A DNA stretch of 64,000 nt from Phoronis australis (Eukaryota > Animalia > Phoronida): NCBI GenBank assembly GCA_002633005.1, contig NMRA01000283.1, positions 1 through 64,000 of the forward strand, read 5' to 3'. Below are positions 14,601 to 27,865 of the stretch, piece after piece. Both the position numbers and the translations under genes were made by a program. Position 1 is the first letter of the stretch, and every line of letters starts with the position of its first letter. The notes below the pieces were generated by a model. The model was not told where the DNA came from. It did no database searches and was given only the letters and a program-made list of their open reading frames with translations.

Positions 14601-16532
14601 TGAACCAAGGGGTGGACAATATTCACAAAATAGACACTTAATAATCACTCAAAAAGGCCACAAAGTGTTCGTTATTTATAAAATTTGCAAATACACTTAC
14701 AAGGCGGGGATCTTTCATCGTAGCACCGCTTTTGTGTTTGGTCGAAACACGATTCCTTGAAATGTGCCGAACAAAGTGTGACTCCCGACTGAATCGCATG
14801 CTCCACACTGAAGTTCCACACTCTCATGCGGAGCACAAACCGATGTCACTTCTGTGTGACTTTCATGCATTTAGGACATTTGAATACAGAAACGTTCTCA
14901 GTCAAGTTGCTGTTACTACAGTCTCCACAAACGCACCTTTACATGTCTGAAAAAGACGAGTCACAGCGAACTTTCCTCACAACTTACTTCTCAGTATCGC
15001 TCTGGTAAAACGGCGAGACGGTCTTCCACCCCTAACGTACAACTCCGATAACAGAAAAATGTGTTTGACTTGTTTCTTACCAACAGGTTATTAAATCTCT
15101 GAAAATGTAATAATAATATTCTTTGTTAGACACAGAGTCGCGGTGGGAACTCTTTAAAACATGATTAAAGGAGCCACCAGCACCTGCGTTGTTATCCGAA
15201 GGAAATCCGCATTTNATTAATGAACTTGGGTAAACAAAAAATGTAACAACAAACATGCACTTTAAGAAAAATTAGGTAAAATTGCTATACACTAAGGACA
15301 TTTCGATAACTGTCGAAAATATCGAAGATATATTTCAACAGCAAAAAACTAAAATGGACATAATCCTTACGGTCGGCTTCGGAGCCTCATCGGCGCGCGA
15401 TGAGCACTTAGCTCCGTCAGGTTTGAATTAATTTAATTCGAGATAAAAAGTACTGCGTGATTTTCCTAACACTAAAAATAATCCCTCATCGCTGACGCTG
15501 ACTATCAACTCATCAACCACATTTCACTTGTCTCATCCCCGCCACCTCTTGTTCAGTTTGAGTTTTCGGTCAAGTGATCGCGGAAATTTCATTTGGACAA
15601 CTGCGATGTCATCTTGTTTTGTCTAATAATTGAAATTTTTCAAAGTCAATTTAGCAAGTGACTCTCTTATTTCAGTAGTCGGAAATAGGTACCTAGAAAT
15701 GTTTGGTAGTGTAAGGTTTTTGTTTGTTTGTTTCATGTCAAGCGTTTTAGCCGTGTTGTTATCACGACAACATGAATTCTTAGGCTTAAAACAAACAATT
15801 CGAACCGTAATAACAGTTCTTGTGATACTGTACATCAGCAGGTGACAAACTAAAGAGTGTCCCTGTGTCGCATGTAATACGTTCCCATCTCACGGTATTT
15901 TAAACAGCGTTTGCACATAACAGTCGTTGCCACAGTATACGTAGCGGGATTTATATTCAAATATGGATGTGCACGTTCACCCTTGACTGATTGTTACTTG
16001 AAACCTCAGAACTGTGTATTTTTGCTAAGTACTTTACGTTCAGTTTGACGCATATGAGCAGCAGAGTATTTTAAAGACACATCAAGAATACCTTGCAAAT
16101 CTATATGTATGTCATCACTATGTCTTTTAATTTGTTGTATAACCGTTCTGAGGCCATGAACTAAAAATGAAGTAAAAGTTTAACATATTATTTTTTAGTC
16201 TATATAACCGGTTACAGCTCTTATTGTATAATCTTTTCTTACCCAAATTAAAGCAGAGGTAATTTTGTTGACACAAAGATGTGTAAGTAGTTAAGAACAC
16301 AAAAGCACATGAAAACTAAAAGAACTATAAAACAGGTAAAAATTAACTGTATATAGAAAATCGCAGTACAGAATAGAAGATTATTTTGGAATTTTTATAT
16401 TAACACTATTAGAATAGAAAAGTTAAACCATCACAGTATTGTGTAGAAATTTATGTTGTATTACATTGTACAGTGTTACAATGTTGGAGGCATTCGTTAA
16501 ATTTTATTGTATTACATTGTACAGTGTTACAA

Positions 16533-19500
16533 CGACGATGCGCATTAGTATACGCGTATCTAGTCTCTATAAGCATCTATTTGCGTCTACACCTGTCTAT
16601 TAGCGTCAATACGCGTCTATAGACAACTTGTACGCGTATGTAGCCTACATACGCGTCTACTCGGTATTTGTGTCTGTATGCGCGTCGTTGCGCGTATATA
16701 CGCATTTATATACGCGTATATAGCCTCTTCACGCGTGTATTCGCGTCCATACTCGTCTTTGCATTTCTATAAGGGTCTAAACGTATCTTATACACGTCTA
16801 TATTCTCTATACACGCCTGTTTTTTTCTATAATATAATCGTCTCCTTGCGTCTGTGCGCGTATATACCCATTTAAACTCTACATTCCACTCTCGGCTATG
16901 TGCGTCCATACGTGTCTATACGTGTCTATGCTCGTCTAAGCGCATCTATGCTCGTCTATACGCATCTTTATACACTTCGATAGCTTCTATACGCGTATAT
17001 TCGGGTCTATAATTGTCTATATGCGTCTAAGCTCGTTTATGCTGTTTGTAAGCATCTATATACGCGTGTATAGCCTCTATATGCGTCTATTTGAGTCTAC
17101 ACGCGCTCATTCGCGTATACGAGTCCACACGCGTCTATGCACGTGTATTTGCGTCTAAGTTTATACGCATCTAGAGCCTCTATACTAGTCTATTTGCGTT
17201 TGCACGCACCTGTACGCATCTACACATGTCTATACGTGTCTATACTCGTCTATAGGCGTGTAATCACAATTTTATACGCGTTTTCAGCCTCTAAGCGCGT
17301 CTATTCCCGTCTACACGCATCTGTACGTGTTCATACTCTTCTAAATGCGTCTATATGAGCCTATGCTTTTCTATACGCGTCTTAGCGCCTATGCCCGTTG
17401 ATACGCAAATTTATGCGCATTGATAGCCTCTATACGCATATATTTGTGTATATAGGCGTCTATTTGAGTATAAACGCGTCTCTTCTCGACTATAGGCGTC
17501 CACGCACGTCTATAAAGAAGTTAATACGCGTCTATAGCCTCTATACACGTCTATTTGCGTCAACACCTCTATTATCGTCCTTACCAGGCTATGCGCGTGT
17601 ATACCCTTTTCCGTACGCGTTTTTTGAGTCTACACGCGTCTCTCTGCCTCTATATGCGTTCATACGCGTGTATGGGCGTCTCTATGAATCTATAGACGTG
17701 TGTGTGTCTAAGCGCGTCTATGCCCATTAACGCACATGTATGTACTCGTATAGAGCCCGCAAACGGGTCTACTTGTTTCTACGAGCGTCTATACACGTCT
17801 ATGCGCGTCTATACGCAACTTTATTCGCGTCTATAGGTTCTATTTTCATCTACACGCATCTATATGCGCCCATACATGTTTTTACGTGTCTATACTCGTC
17901 TATGCGCATCTAATCGCAACTTTATACGCGTCTTTAGCCACTATACTCGTCTATTTGAGTCTACACGCGTCTATTCACGTCTATACGAGTCTATACGCGT
18001 CTAAGGGCTTCTTAACCCAGCTTATGCGCGTCTAGATCCAATAAACGAGTCTATTTGTGTCTATACCCACCTATACGCGTCCATACTCGTCTGAACTCGT
18101 CTATATGAGTCTATACTCGTCTATACACGTCTATATGAATCTGTACTCATCTATACGCGTCTAAGCGCGCCTATGCACATATATATTTGCATATATAGCC
18201 TCTATATGCATATATTTGCGTCTACAAGCGTCTTACGTCAACACGCGTCTATACTCGTTTATGCTCATCTATGCGCGCCTATACGCAACTTTATACGCGT
18301 CTAGAGCCCCCATACGCTTCTACTCGGGTCTATAAGCGTCTATATATACGCGTCTATATGAGTCTTTACTCGTCTAAACGCGTCTCTATGAGGCTATGCT
18401 GGCATCTTTCCATTGAAACGCATATATATACGCGTATATAGCTTATATACCAATCTAGTTGCGTCTATACTCGTCTTTGCGCGTCTATGCGAGTATATAA
18501 GCATCTATACACACGTATATTACCTCTATACTCGTCTATGTGAGTCTATACGAGTCCATGAGCGCCTCTGCACATATACACGCTTTTATGAACGCGTATA
18601 TAGCATCTATACGCGTCTATTTGCGTTTGTACGGGTCCATGGCGTCTCTACGCGTCTATGCTCGTCTATGCGCGACATGCGCGTCCACGCAATTTTATAC
18701 GCATCTATAGCCTCTGTATTCGTGTATCAGCGTCGAAGCCCCTTGATACGCATAGTCATTCGAATATGAAGCCTCTAAACTCTTCTATTTGCGTCTCTAT
18801 GTGCGTCGTGGAGCGTATATACGCATTTATATACGCGTATTTAGGCTCTACACGCATCTATTTGTGTCTATAGCGTTTTGACGCGTTTCTACTCGTTTAG
18901 GCACGTCTATTCGCGTGCACACGCAACTTTATACGCGTCTCGAGCATCTACACGCGTCTATATGCCTATACACGCGTCTAAAGGCGTCTATGCGCGTCTT
19001 TCCGCGTAAATACGCTTTGATATACGCGCATATAGCGTCTACGCGCGTCTCTTTGGGTCTTCACGCACATATTTGCGTCTATACGCGTCCATACGCGTTC
19101 ATTTTCGTCTAGGTGCCTCTATGCGAGTCGATACAGTACTTCATACGCGTTTAGACAATCTATACCAGTCCATTTGCGTCTAAACGAGTCTATACACGTC
19201 TATACTGTCTATACTGGTCTATTAGTGTCTATGCCCGTTTATACGGATTAATATACGCATATATACACTCTATACACATGTATTTGCGTCTACATGCGTC
19301 TAATCGCGTTCATACGCGTCTATACTTGTCTATGCTCGTCTATGCGTGCTTATGCGCATTTTTATACGCGTCTAGAGCCTCTCTAGGCGCATGTTCGTTT
19401 TACGCCTATATATACAACTCTTTACGCGACTATATGTGTCTATACTCGTCTATACGCGTCTCTATCACATATATGTACGTGCATATATTTACGCGCATAT

Positions 19501-22500
19501 ATGTACGCGTATATAGCCTCTGTACCAATCGATTTGCGTCTATAGTCGTCTTTGCGCGTATATACGTATTTATATACACGTATATTGCATCTATACGCGT
19601 CTATGTCTGTTTATACGCGTCTTTGCACATACATACGCATTTATTAACGCGTGTATAGCATCTATACGCGCATATGTGAGTTTTTACGGATTCATTTGCG
19701 TCTTTACGCGTGTATACTCGTCTATGTGCGATATGCACGTCTATACGCAATTTTGTACGCGTCTATATCCGTTGATACGCATATACCTGCGAGTATATAG
19801 CCTCCATGCGCTTCTATTTGCGTCTCTGTGTGCGTCGTTGAGCGTATATACATACCTATATACGCGTAGTTAGCCTCTAAACGCTTGTATTTGCGTCATT
19901 ACGCGTCTTGACGCGTCTGTGCGCGTATATAGGTATTTACATACGAGTATGTTTCCAATATACGCGTCTATTTTAGTCAAAACGCGTCTATTCGCGTATA
20001 TACGCGGCCACACGCGTTTCAACTCGTCTAGGCACGTCTATTTTCGGCGACAACAACTTTATACAGGTGTCGAGCATCTATTCGCGTCTACTTGCGTATA
20101 GAAGCGTCTGTACGCATCTGTGCGCGAATTTTGCGCGTATATACAATGTACGCTTTAATATACGCGTATATAGCCTCTCTGCGCGCGCCCATTTGAGTCT
20201 TCACGCGTCTATATGAGTCTAAACGCGTCTATTCTGGTCTATATGCGTCTATGCGAGTCTATACTTGTCTATAAGGGTCCGTGCGATATATACGCATATA
20301 TAAGCGTATTGTGCCCCTGCAGGCGTTTATTTGAGATGAGACATACGTCTATACGCGTCTTTACGGGTCTGTAACGGACTTTGCGCGTCTACGCACATCT
20401 GTACGCAAATTTATACTCGTCTAAAGCTTCTCTACGCGTCTCTTTGTGTGTACTCGTGTCCTTTCGCTTGCATTTGCGTGTCTGTACCCGTTGATACGCA
20501 TCTAGATATGCGCATCTATCCTCTATACGGGTCTTTTTGAATCTACAAGCTTCTGTTTGCGTCTATACGCGTCATTACAAGTCTTAGCGCGTTTATAAAC
20601 GTCCATAGCTTATATACGCGTCTATGCCGGTCTACAAGCCTCTATACTTCGGTATATACACGAATATGCCTGTCTGTGCGCGTATATACGTATCTATATA
20701 CGTGTATATAGCCTCTATACTACTTGTGTCTAGATGCGTTTACATGCGTCTTTACTTGGGTATACGCGTCTTTTCGACACTTTATGCGCGTCTATAGCCT
20801 CTATACCCGACTATTTGCGTCTTCACGACTCTATTCGCGTCCATTCCGTTTACGCGCGTCTATGCCTGTTTAGACGCATCTATGTACGCGTATGTAGCCT
20901 CTAAACGCGCCTTCTTGAGTTTGCATGTGCCTTTTGGCGTCTTTTGGCACGCGTCCGTCCGCGTCTATACGCATGTATGCGCGTATATACGCGTCTATTT
21001 GCGTCGATGCGCGTTTCCATGCATCAATATCTGGGTCCGTACGCTCTATACGCGTCTATTTGTGTCTAAAAGAGGCTTTACGGGTATATATAAGAGAGTC
21101 TATACGCGTCTATATGCGTCTTCATTCATCCATGCTTCTCTATACGCGTTTATACGCGTCTGAGCCCGTCTATGCCCATTTATGTGCATTAATATGCGCG
21201 TATATTGGCTCTATACGCGTCTATTTGCGTCTTTGTGAGTCTGCACGTGTATATACGCTTGTGCTTGAGTCTACAAGCGTCTATTAGCGACTAAACGCGT
21301 CTATACTCGTCTATGTGCGTCTATGCACGTTTATATGCACCCTTATAAAGATATATAGCTTCTTTACGTGTCTCTTTGAGTCTACACGCGTCCGTTTGCA
21401 TTTGTACCCGCCCGTAAGCGTCTATGGGTGTCTATACGCATCTATATACGTGTCTAAGCGCGTCTATGCTCGATGGCTCACATTAATATACGCATGTATA
21501 GACTTAATAAGCATCTTTTTATGTCTACACCTATCTATTAGCGTCTATACGCGTCTATAGGCAACATTATACTCGTCTATAGCCTGTATACGACTCTATA
21601 CGCGTCTTTACGAGTCTAAATGAGTCTATACTCGTCTTTTAGCGTCTGTATGAGTATACTGGTCTATACGCATTTAAACGCGCCTCAGCCAGTTGAGACG
21701 CATATATATTTCCGTATATAGCCTCTATACGCCTCTATTTGGTTCTATATGCGCGTCGTTGAGCGTATATACGCATCAAGATACGCGCTTATAGCCTCTA
21801 TACGCATCTTTTTGAGTTTGCACGCGTGTATACATGTATGAGTCTATACTCGTCGATACGCGTCTAAGAGTGTCTAAGCCAGTTAAGACGCGTAAATATA
21901 TACATGTATATAGCCCAATCGATTTGCGTCTATTCGCGTCTGCGCGTCTTGGCCCGCATATACGCATCTATTTCAGTCTACATGCGACTATTCGCGTCTA
22001 CACGTTTCCATGCGCGTCTACACCCGTGTATGCGCGTATAGGCAACTTTATACGCGTGTATAGTCTCCATACCTGTCTATTCGGGTCTATAAGTGTCCAT
22101 ACGCCCCTATATACGCGTCTACACGCGTCTATATGGGTCTTTACTCGGCTATACGCATCTAAGCACTATAAACGCATCTATGTATGCGTATATAGCCCCT
22201 GCACGCGTTTATTTGCGTCTGTACACGGGTTTGCGTGTCTGTTCACGTATAGACGTATCTGTATACGCGTATATTGTCTCTATTCGCGTCTGTGCGTGTA
22301 TATACGCATTCATATACGCGTATATAACCTCTTTGCGCGTTTTTTTAGTTACACGCGTCTATTTGCGTATATACGAGAATATGGTTGGGTATATGCATCT
22401 ATATTTGCATTTATATGCGTCTAAGCGCGTCTATGCCCGTTTATACGCATGAATTTACGCGTTCATAGGCTCTATGTGCGTCTATTGTTTTTCTACGCGA

Positions 22501-25500
22501 CTAATAGCGTCTATACGCAGCCATACGCAACTTAATACGCGTCCAGCGCGTCGATAAGCGTCTATTTGCGTCTAGACGCGTCTATGGGCGTCTGCGCGTA
22601 CACACGCATTGATATACGGGCAAATGGGCTCTTTTCGCGTCAGTTTGAGTCTACACGCGTCTATACACATCTATACTCGTATATGCGCGTCTATGCAATT
22701 TTATACGCATCTATAGTCTCTATAAGTGTTTTCTTGGGTCTGCACCTATATACGCGTATAAAGCCTCTATAAGCATTTTTGCGTCTATATGCATCAGTAC
22801 CCGTCTATGGGTATCTATACGCATCTAAGCGCCATTTTGCGCGTATGTACGCATTTAAACACGCCTGTAAAACCTCCATACCCATGTATTTGCGTCTACA
22901 CGCGCTTCTATTTTTGTCTAGATGCTTTTATACGCGTTCTTAGGCATCTACACGCTTCTGTTTTTGTCTTTTTATGTCTGTGCCCATATATAGGCATGCA
23001 TATACGAGTATATAGCCTCTATACGTGTCTGTATAAGTCTATACGTATCTAAACTCGACTATGCGCGTCTATGCGCAACTTTGTACGCATCCGTAGCCTC
23101 TTTACTCGTCTTTTCGGGTCTATAAGCGTCTAAACGCGTATATATATATATATGTATATATATATATGTATATATATATGAGTCTATACTCGTCTATATG
23201 CGTATTGGCGCATCCCTGCCCGTTGGCATGCATATATACGCGTATCTAGCCTCTATACGCATAAATTTGCGTGTAAACGCGTCTTATAGCGTCTATACCC
23301 GTTTACGCGCGTCTATACGCAACTTTATACGCGTCTATAAGTCCATATACAAGTCCATTTACGTCTCCACGCGTCTATTTGCCCATACCCATCTATGCGC
23401 CCGTCAATACGAATCTATGAGCGTCTCTGCGCAAAGATATGCATTTATATATGCGCATAGCCTTGATACGCTTCTGTTTGCGCCTGTACGCGTCAATAGG
23501 TGTCTATACGCACTTATACACCTCTATGCACGATATGCGCGTCTACTCGCAACTTTATACGCGTCTATAGCCTCTATTAACACCCTTTCCTGACTATGTG
23601 CGTTTACGTCCGTTGATACGCATGTGTATACGCGTTTATAGTCTCTGTACGTATGTTTTTGCGTCTACACGCGACTATTTGCGTGTATACGCGTTTTTGC
23701 TCGTGTGCCCGTATACGCATCTATATTCGCGTATATTGCCTCTATACGCGTCTATTTGAGTTTGCACATGCCGTTTTTCGACTAAACGCGACCATACCCG
23801 TGTATGCGAGTGTATACGCATTTTTATACGCGTCTAAAGCCTTTATTTGCTTCTATTGCGTCCATACTCGTCCATGCGCGTCTCTGACCGTCTAAACGTA
23901 TTTATATACGCATGTACAACCTCTAGACGCGTATATTTGAGTCTAAACGCATTTATTCGCGTCTATAGGCATCTATACGCTTCTATACACGCCTATGCGC
24001 ATTTATACGTTACTTTACACGCGTCTAAAGCCTGCATACGCGTCGATTTGGGTCTACACGCGTCTATTCGCGTCTGTACGCGTCTATGCCCGTCTGTGGC
24101 CGTCTATACGCAAGTATATACGCGTCTAAATCCTCTATACCCACCTTTGTGCATCTACACGCATCTTCACCCGTCCATACTAGTCTAAACGCTCTTTATG
24201 AGTCTATACGGGTCTATATGAATCCATCCTATTCTATACTTGTGTAAGCGCGCCTATGCCCGTTGATAGGCATATATATACGCATATATTTGCGTCTACA
24301 CATATATAGTCTCTATACGCGCCTTTTTGAGTTTGCACGCGTCTTTTGGCGTCTTTTGGCACGCGTCCGTCCACGTCTATGGGCGACTATACTCATCTTT
24401 ATACGCGTTTGCACGCGTCTATCTGCGTCGATGCGCGTTTACAAGTATCAATATACGCGTCTGTAGTCTCTATACGCGTCTATTTGGGTCTGTAAGATGC
24501 TTCAAGCGTATTTATACGCGTCTATACGTGTCTTTACGCGTCTATGCGTCTCTATATGCGTCTATACGCGTCATAGCCCGTGTATGGCCGTTTATGTGCA
24601 TTAATATAAGTGTATATAGACTTTATAATCGTCAGTTTGCATCTAGACTCGTGTATACGCCTCTTTGCGAGTCTGCGCGCTTATATAGGCATCTACTTGA
24701 GTCTACACGCGTCTATTTGCATCTATACGCGTCCGTACGAGTCTATAAGTGTCTATACGCATCTATATACGCGTCTAAGCTCATCTATTCCCCATGATGC
24801 GTATTGATATAAGCGCATACAGTCTCTATAAGCATCTATTTGCGTCTTCACCTCTCTATTAGCGTCAATACGCGTCTATAGGCAACTTGTACGCGTATAT
24901 AGCCTGTATACGCGTTTATTCGGTATTTGTGTCTATTTGAGCGTCGTTGTGCGTATATAAGCATTTATATACGCGTGTATAGCCTTTTCACGCGTGTATT
25001 CGCGTCCGTACTCGTCTTTGCAATTCTATGTGCGTCCATACGCGTCTATACTCTCTATACGCGTCTATTTTCGTCTATACTCGTCTCCGTGCATCTGTGC
25101 GCGTATACGCATTTAATGCCGCGTCTACTCTCGTCTATATGCGTTGATACGTGTCTATACATATCTTTACTGGCTATGCGCTTCTATACTCGTCTATACT
25201 CAATTTTTTACACTTCTATAGCTTCTATACGCGTATACTCGGGTCTATCAACGTCTATTTGCGTCTAAGCTCGTCTATGCCCGTTTGTAATCATCTATAT
25301 ACCCGTATATAGCCTCTATACTTGTCGATTTGAGTCTACATGCGTTCATTCGCGTCCACACGTGTCTATAAACGTGTATGCGCGTCTAGTTTATACGCAT
25401 CTAGAGCCACTATACGCGTCTATTTGCGTCTACACGCATCTGTACGCGTCCATACGTGTCTGTACGTGTCTATACTAGTCTATAAGCGTCTAATGGGAAA

Positions 25501-27049
25501 ATTATACGCTTGTTTAGCCTCTACTCGTGTCTATTTCCATCTACACGCATCGATGCACATTCATACTCGTCTAAGCGCGTCTGTATGAGTCTATGCTGTT
25601 CTATACGCGTCTAAGCGCGCTATGCCCATTGATACGCATATATATGCGCATATGTAGCCTCTATATGCATATATTTGTGTCTATACGCGTCTATTTGAGT
25701 CTAAACGCATCTCTGCGCGACTATATGCGTCCAGGCACGTCTATGCAGAACTTAATACGCGTCTATAGCCTGTATATGCGTCTATTTGCGTTTACACGCC
25801 TCTGTTATCGTTCTTACCAGGCTATGAGCGTCTATGCCCTTTTATACGCATTTATAAACGCTTATATAGCCTCTATACGCGTCCTCTTGAGTCTACACGC
25901 GTCTCTCTGTCTCTATATGCGGCCATACGCGTGTATGGGCGTCTCTATGAATCTATCGTGTCTATGTGCGTCTAAGCGCGTCTATGCCCAATGACGTACA
26001 TGTATTTTCGCGTATAGAGCCTGCAAACGGGTCTACATGCGTCTATACACGTCTAAGCGCGCCTATACGCAATTGTATTCGCGTCTATAGCTTCTATGTG
26101 CGTCTATTTGCGTCCAAACGTGTTTTTACGTGTCTATACTCGTCATACTTTATACGCGTCTTTAGCGTCTTTACTCGTCTTTTTGAGTCTACACGCGTCT
26201 ATTCAGGTATATACGAGTCTATACTCGTCTAAGGGCTTCTTAACGCAACTTTATACGCATCTAGATCCAATAAACGCGTCTATTTGTGTCTACTCGCATA
26301 CTCGTCTAAACTCGTCTATATGAGTCTATACTCGTCTATACGCGTCCATATGAATATGTACTCTTCTATACGCGTCTAAGCGCGCCTATGCCGGTTGATA
26401 CGCATATCAATATTTGCATGTATAGCCTCTATACGCATATATTTTCGTCTAGACGCGTCTAGTTGCGTCTATCCCAGCCGTTTGAGTCTAAACGCGTCTA
26501 TTCGCGACTATATATACGCAATTGTATACGCGTATATAGCTTCTAAGCTCGTCTATTTGAGTCTACACGCGTCTTTTTACGCCCACACACGTGTATACTC
26601 GTCTGTGCTCGTCTATGCGCGCCTATACGCCACTTTATACGCGTCTAGAGCCTCTTTACGCTTCTATTCGGCCTCTATACGCCTATATATACGCGTCTAT
26701 ATGAGTCTACACTCGTCTATACGCGTCTCTATGACTCTACACTGGTCTATACCCGTTGAAACGCATAGATATACGCGTATATAGCTTCTATACCACTCTA
26801 TTTGCGTCTATATTCGTCTTTGCGCGTCTATGCGAGTAAATAAGCATCTATATACACGTTTATTGCCTTTATATTCGTCTATTTCTGTCTATACGCGTCT
26901 ATGAGAGTCTCTGCACATACATACGCCTTTATTAGCGCGTATATAGCATCTATACACGTCTATTTGAGTTTGTACGGGTCTATTTGCGTCTCTACGCGTT
27001 TATACTCGTCTATGCGCGAAATGCACGTCTATACGCAGTTTTGTACGCG
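16533..27049 (+). repeat. Degenerate 10-bp satellite array, consensus (TATACGCGTC)n, block 2
   Basis: Same monomers as block 1. Starts with the sequence found at 6045 (cgacgatgcgcattagtatacgcg) and ends in the same exit sequence as block 1 (gcagttttgtacgcggtaaacattgacc). Confidence 0.95.
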
Positions 27050-27865
27050 GTAAACATTGACCACAATACGTGCGCTGAGATTTTGATTCATTTTTACACT
27101 TTGAGGAAAGTAGTTACACTTGGTTTCAATAACTCTTTGACCGTGGAAAATAATTGGACTGTGAGTCCCGGCAATTGACTGCGGGAACACTTCTGTCATC
27201 TGGAATTAATACGGGAGGTTTCTGTAATAAGATTTTGGAAGCAAACGTGAAGTGCAGCTACATGTAGTTCTGATCCGCTAACCTATTTAATGAAGGAACA
27301 TTGACAAAAATACAAAATTTCCATCACAAAAACTGATGGAAGTTCTTTTTTCAAGGCGTTTAAATTCTCTGGAAAAATGAATAGACGGCTTTCAACATTT
27401 ACGTCGTGTCTGTTCCGTCCTGAGACCACCACTTGACTTATAGGCAAAGGGCCCATCTAGTTACCTGGACAACGGAATCTCATCAGACCAATAGCAAATA
27501 ATCCACGTGCTTGGTAATAAATCAATAGACCTTCCGACATACTGATGTCAAAACACATATTTCTGAAACACGCCCATACTATAAAAAAAGTCCTAGTAGG
27601 GATTAGTCTCAAGCTATTGCTCTTTGTTCACGGAAAGACAGTTTGCAATTGTGCATTCTTACACGTTAGTTAGTACTGATTTCAACCCAGATTTCAATCA
27701 GGTCATACATGCATAAACATTGCTGAATTGGTTAAATACACGACACTCGTCGTAATTAACAATCTTTATTCCGCTCCGTTAGTATCCTCAGAACAAAGTT
27801 CGACATTCATATTGGCAAAAGTAACTGAGCAAGAGACGTGATCACACACACACACACACACACAC

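Larger units (their letters stand above)
6045..16532 (+). repeat. Tandem segmental duplication, copy 1 (satellite + ~5.7 kb non-satellite DNA)
   Basis: 10802-16532 aligns by eye, nearly base for base, with 27050-33508. The single N at 15214 replaces ~850 bp present in copy 2 (~31486-32333). Confidence 0.9.

Noticed and set aside
1910-27178. More than 100 overlapping + strand ORFs rich in YTRL/YASI/IRVY, suggesting a repetitive protein family
   Set aside because: (TATACGCGTC)3 translates to YTRLYASIRV with no stop in any + frame, while the minus strand has TAG in every frame. The ORFs and their strand bias follow from the monomer, occur in all three frames, and are not preserved between copies.
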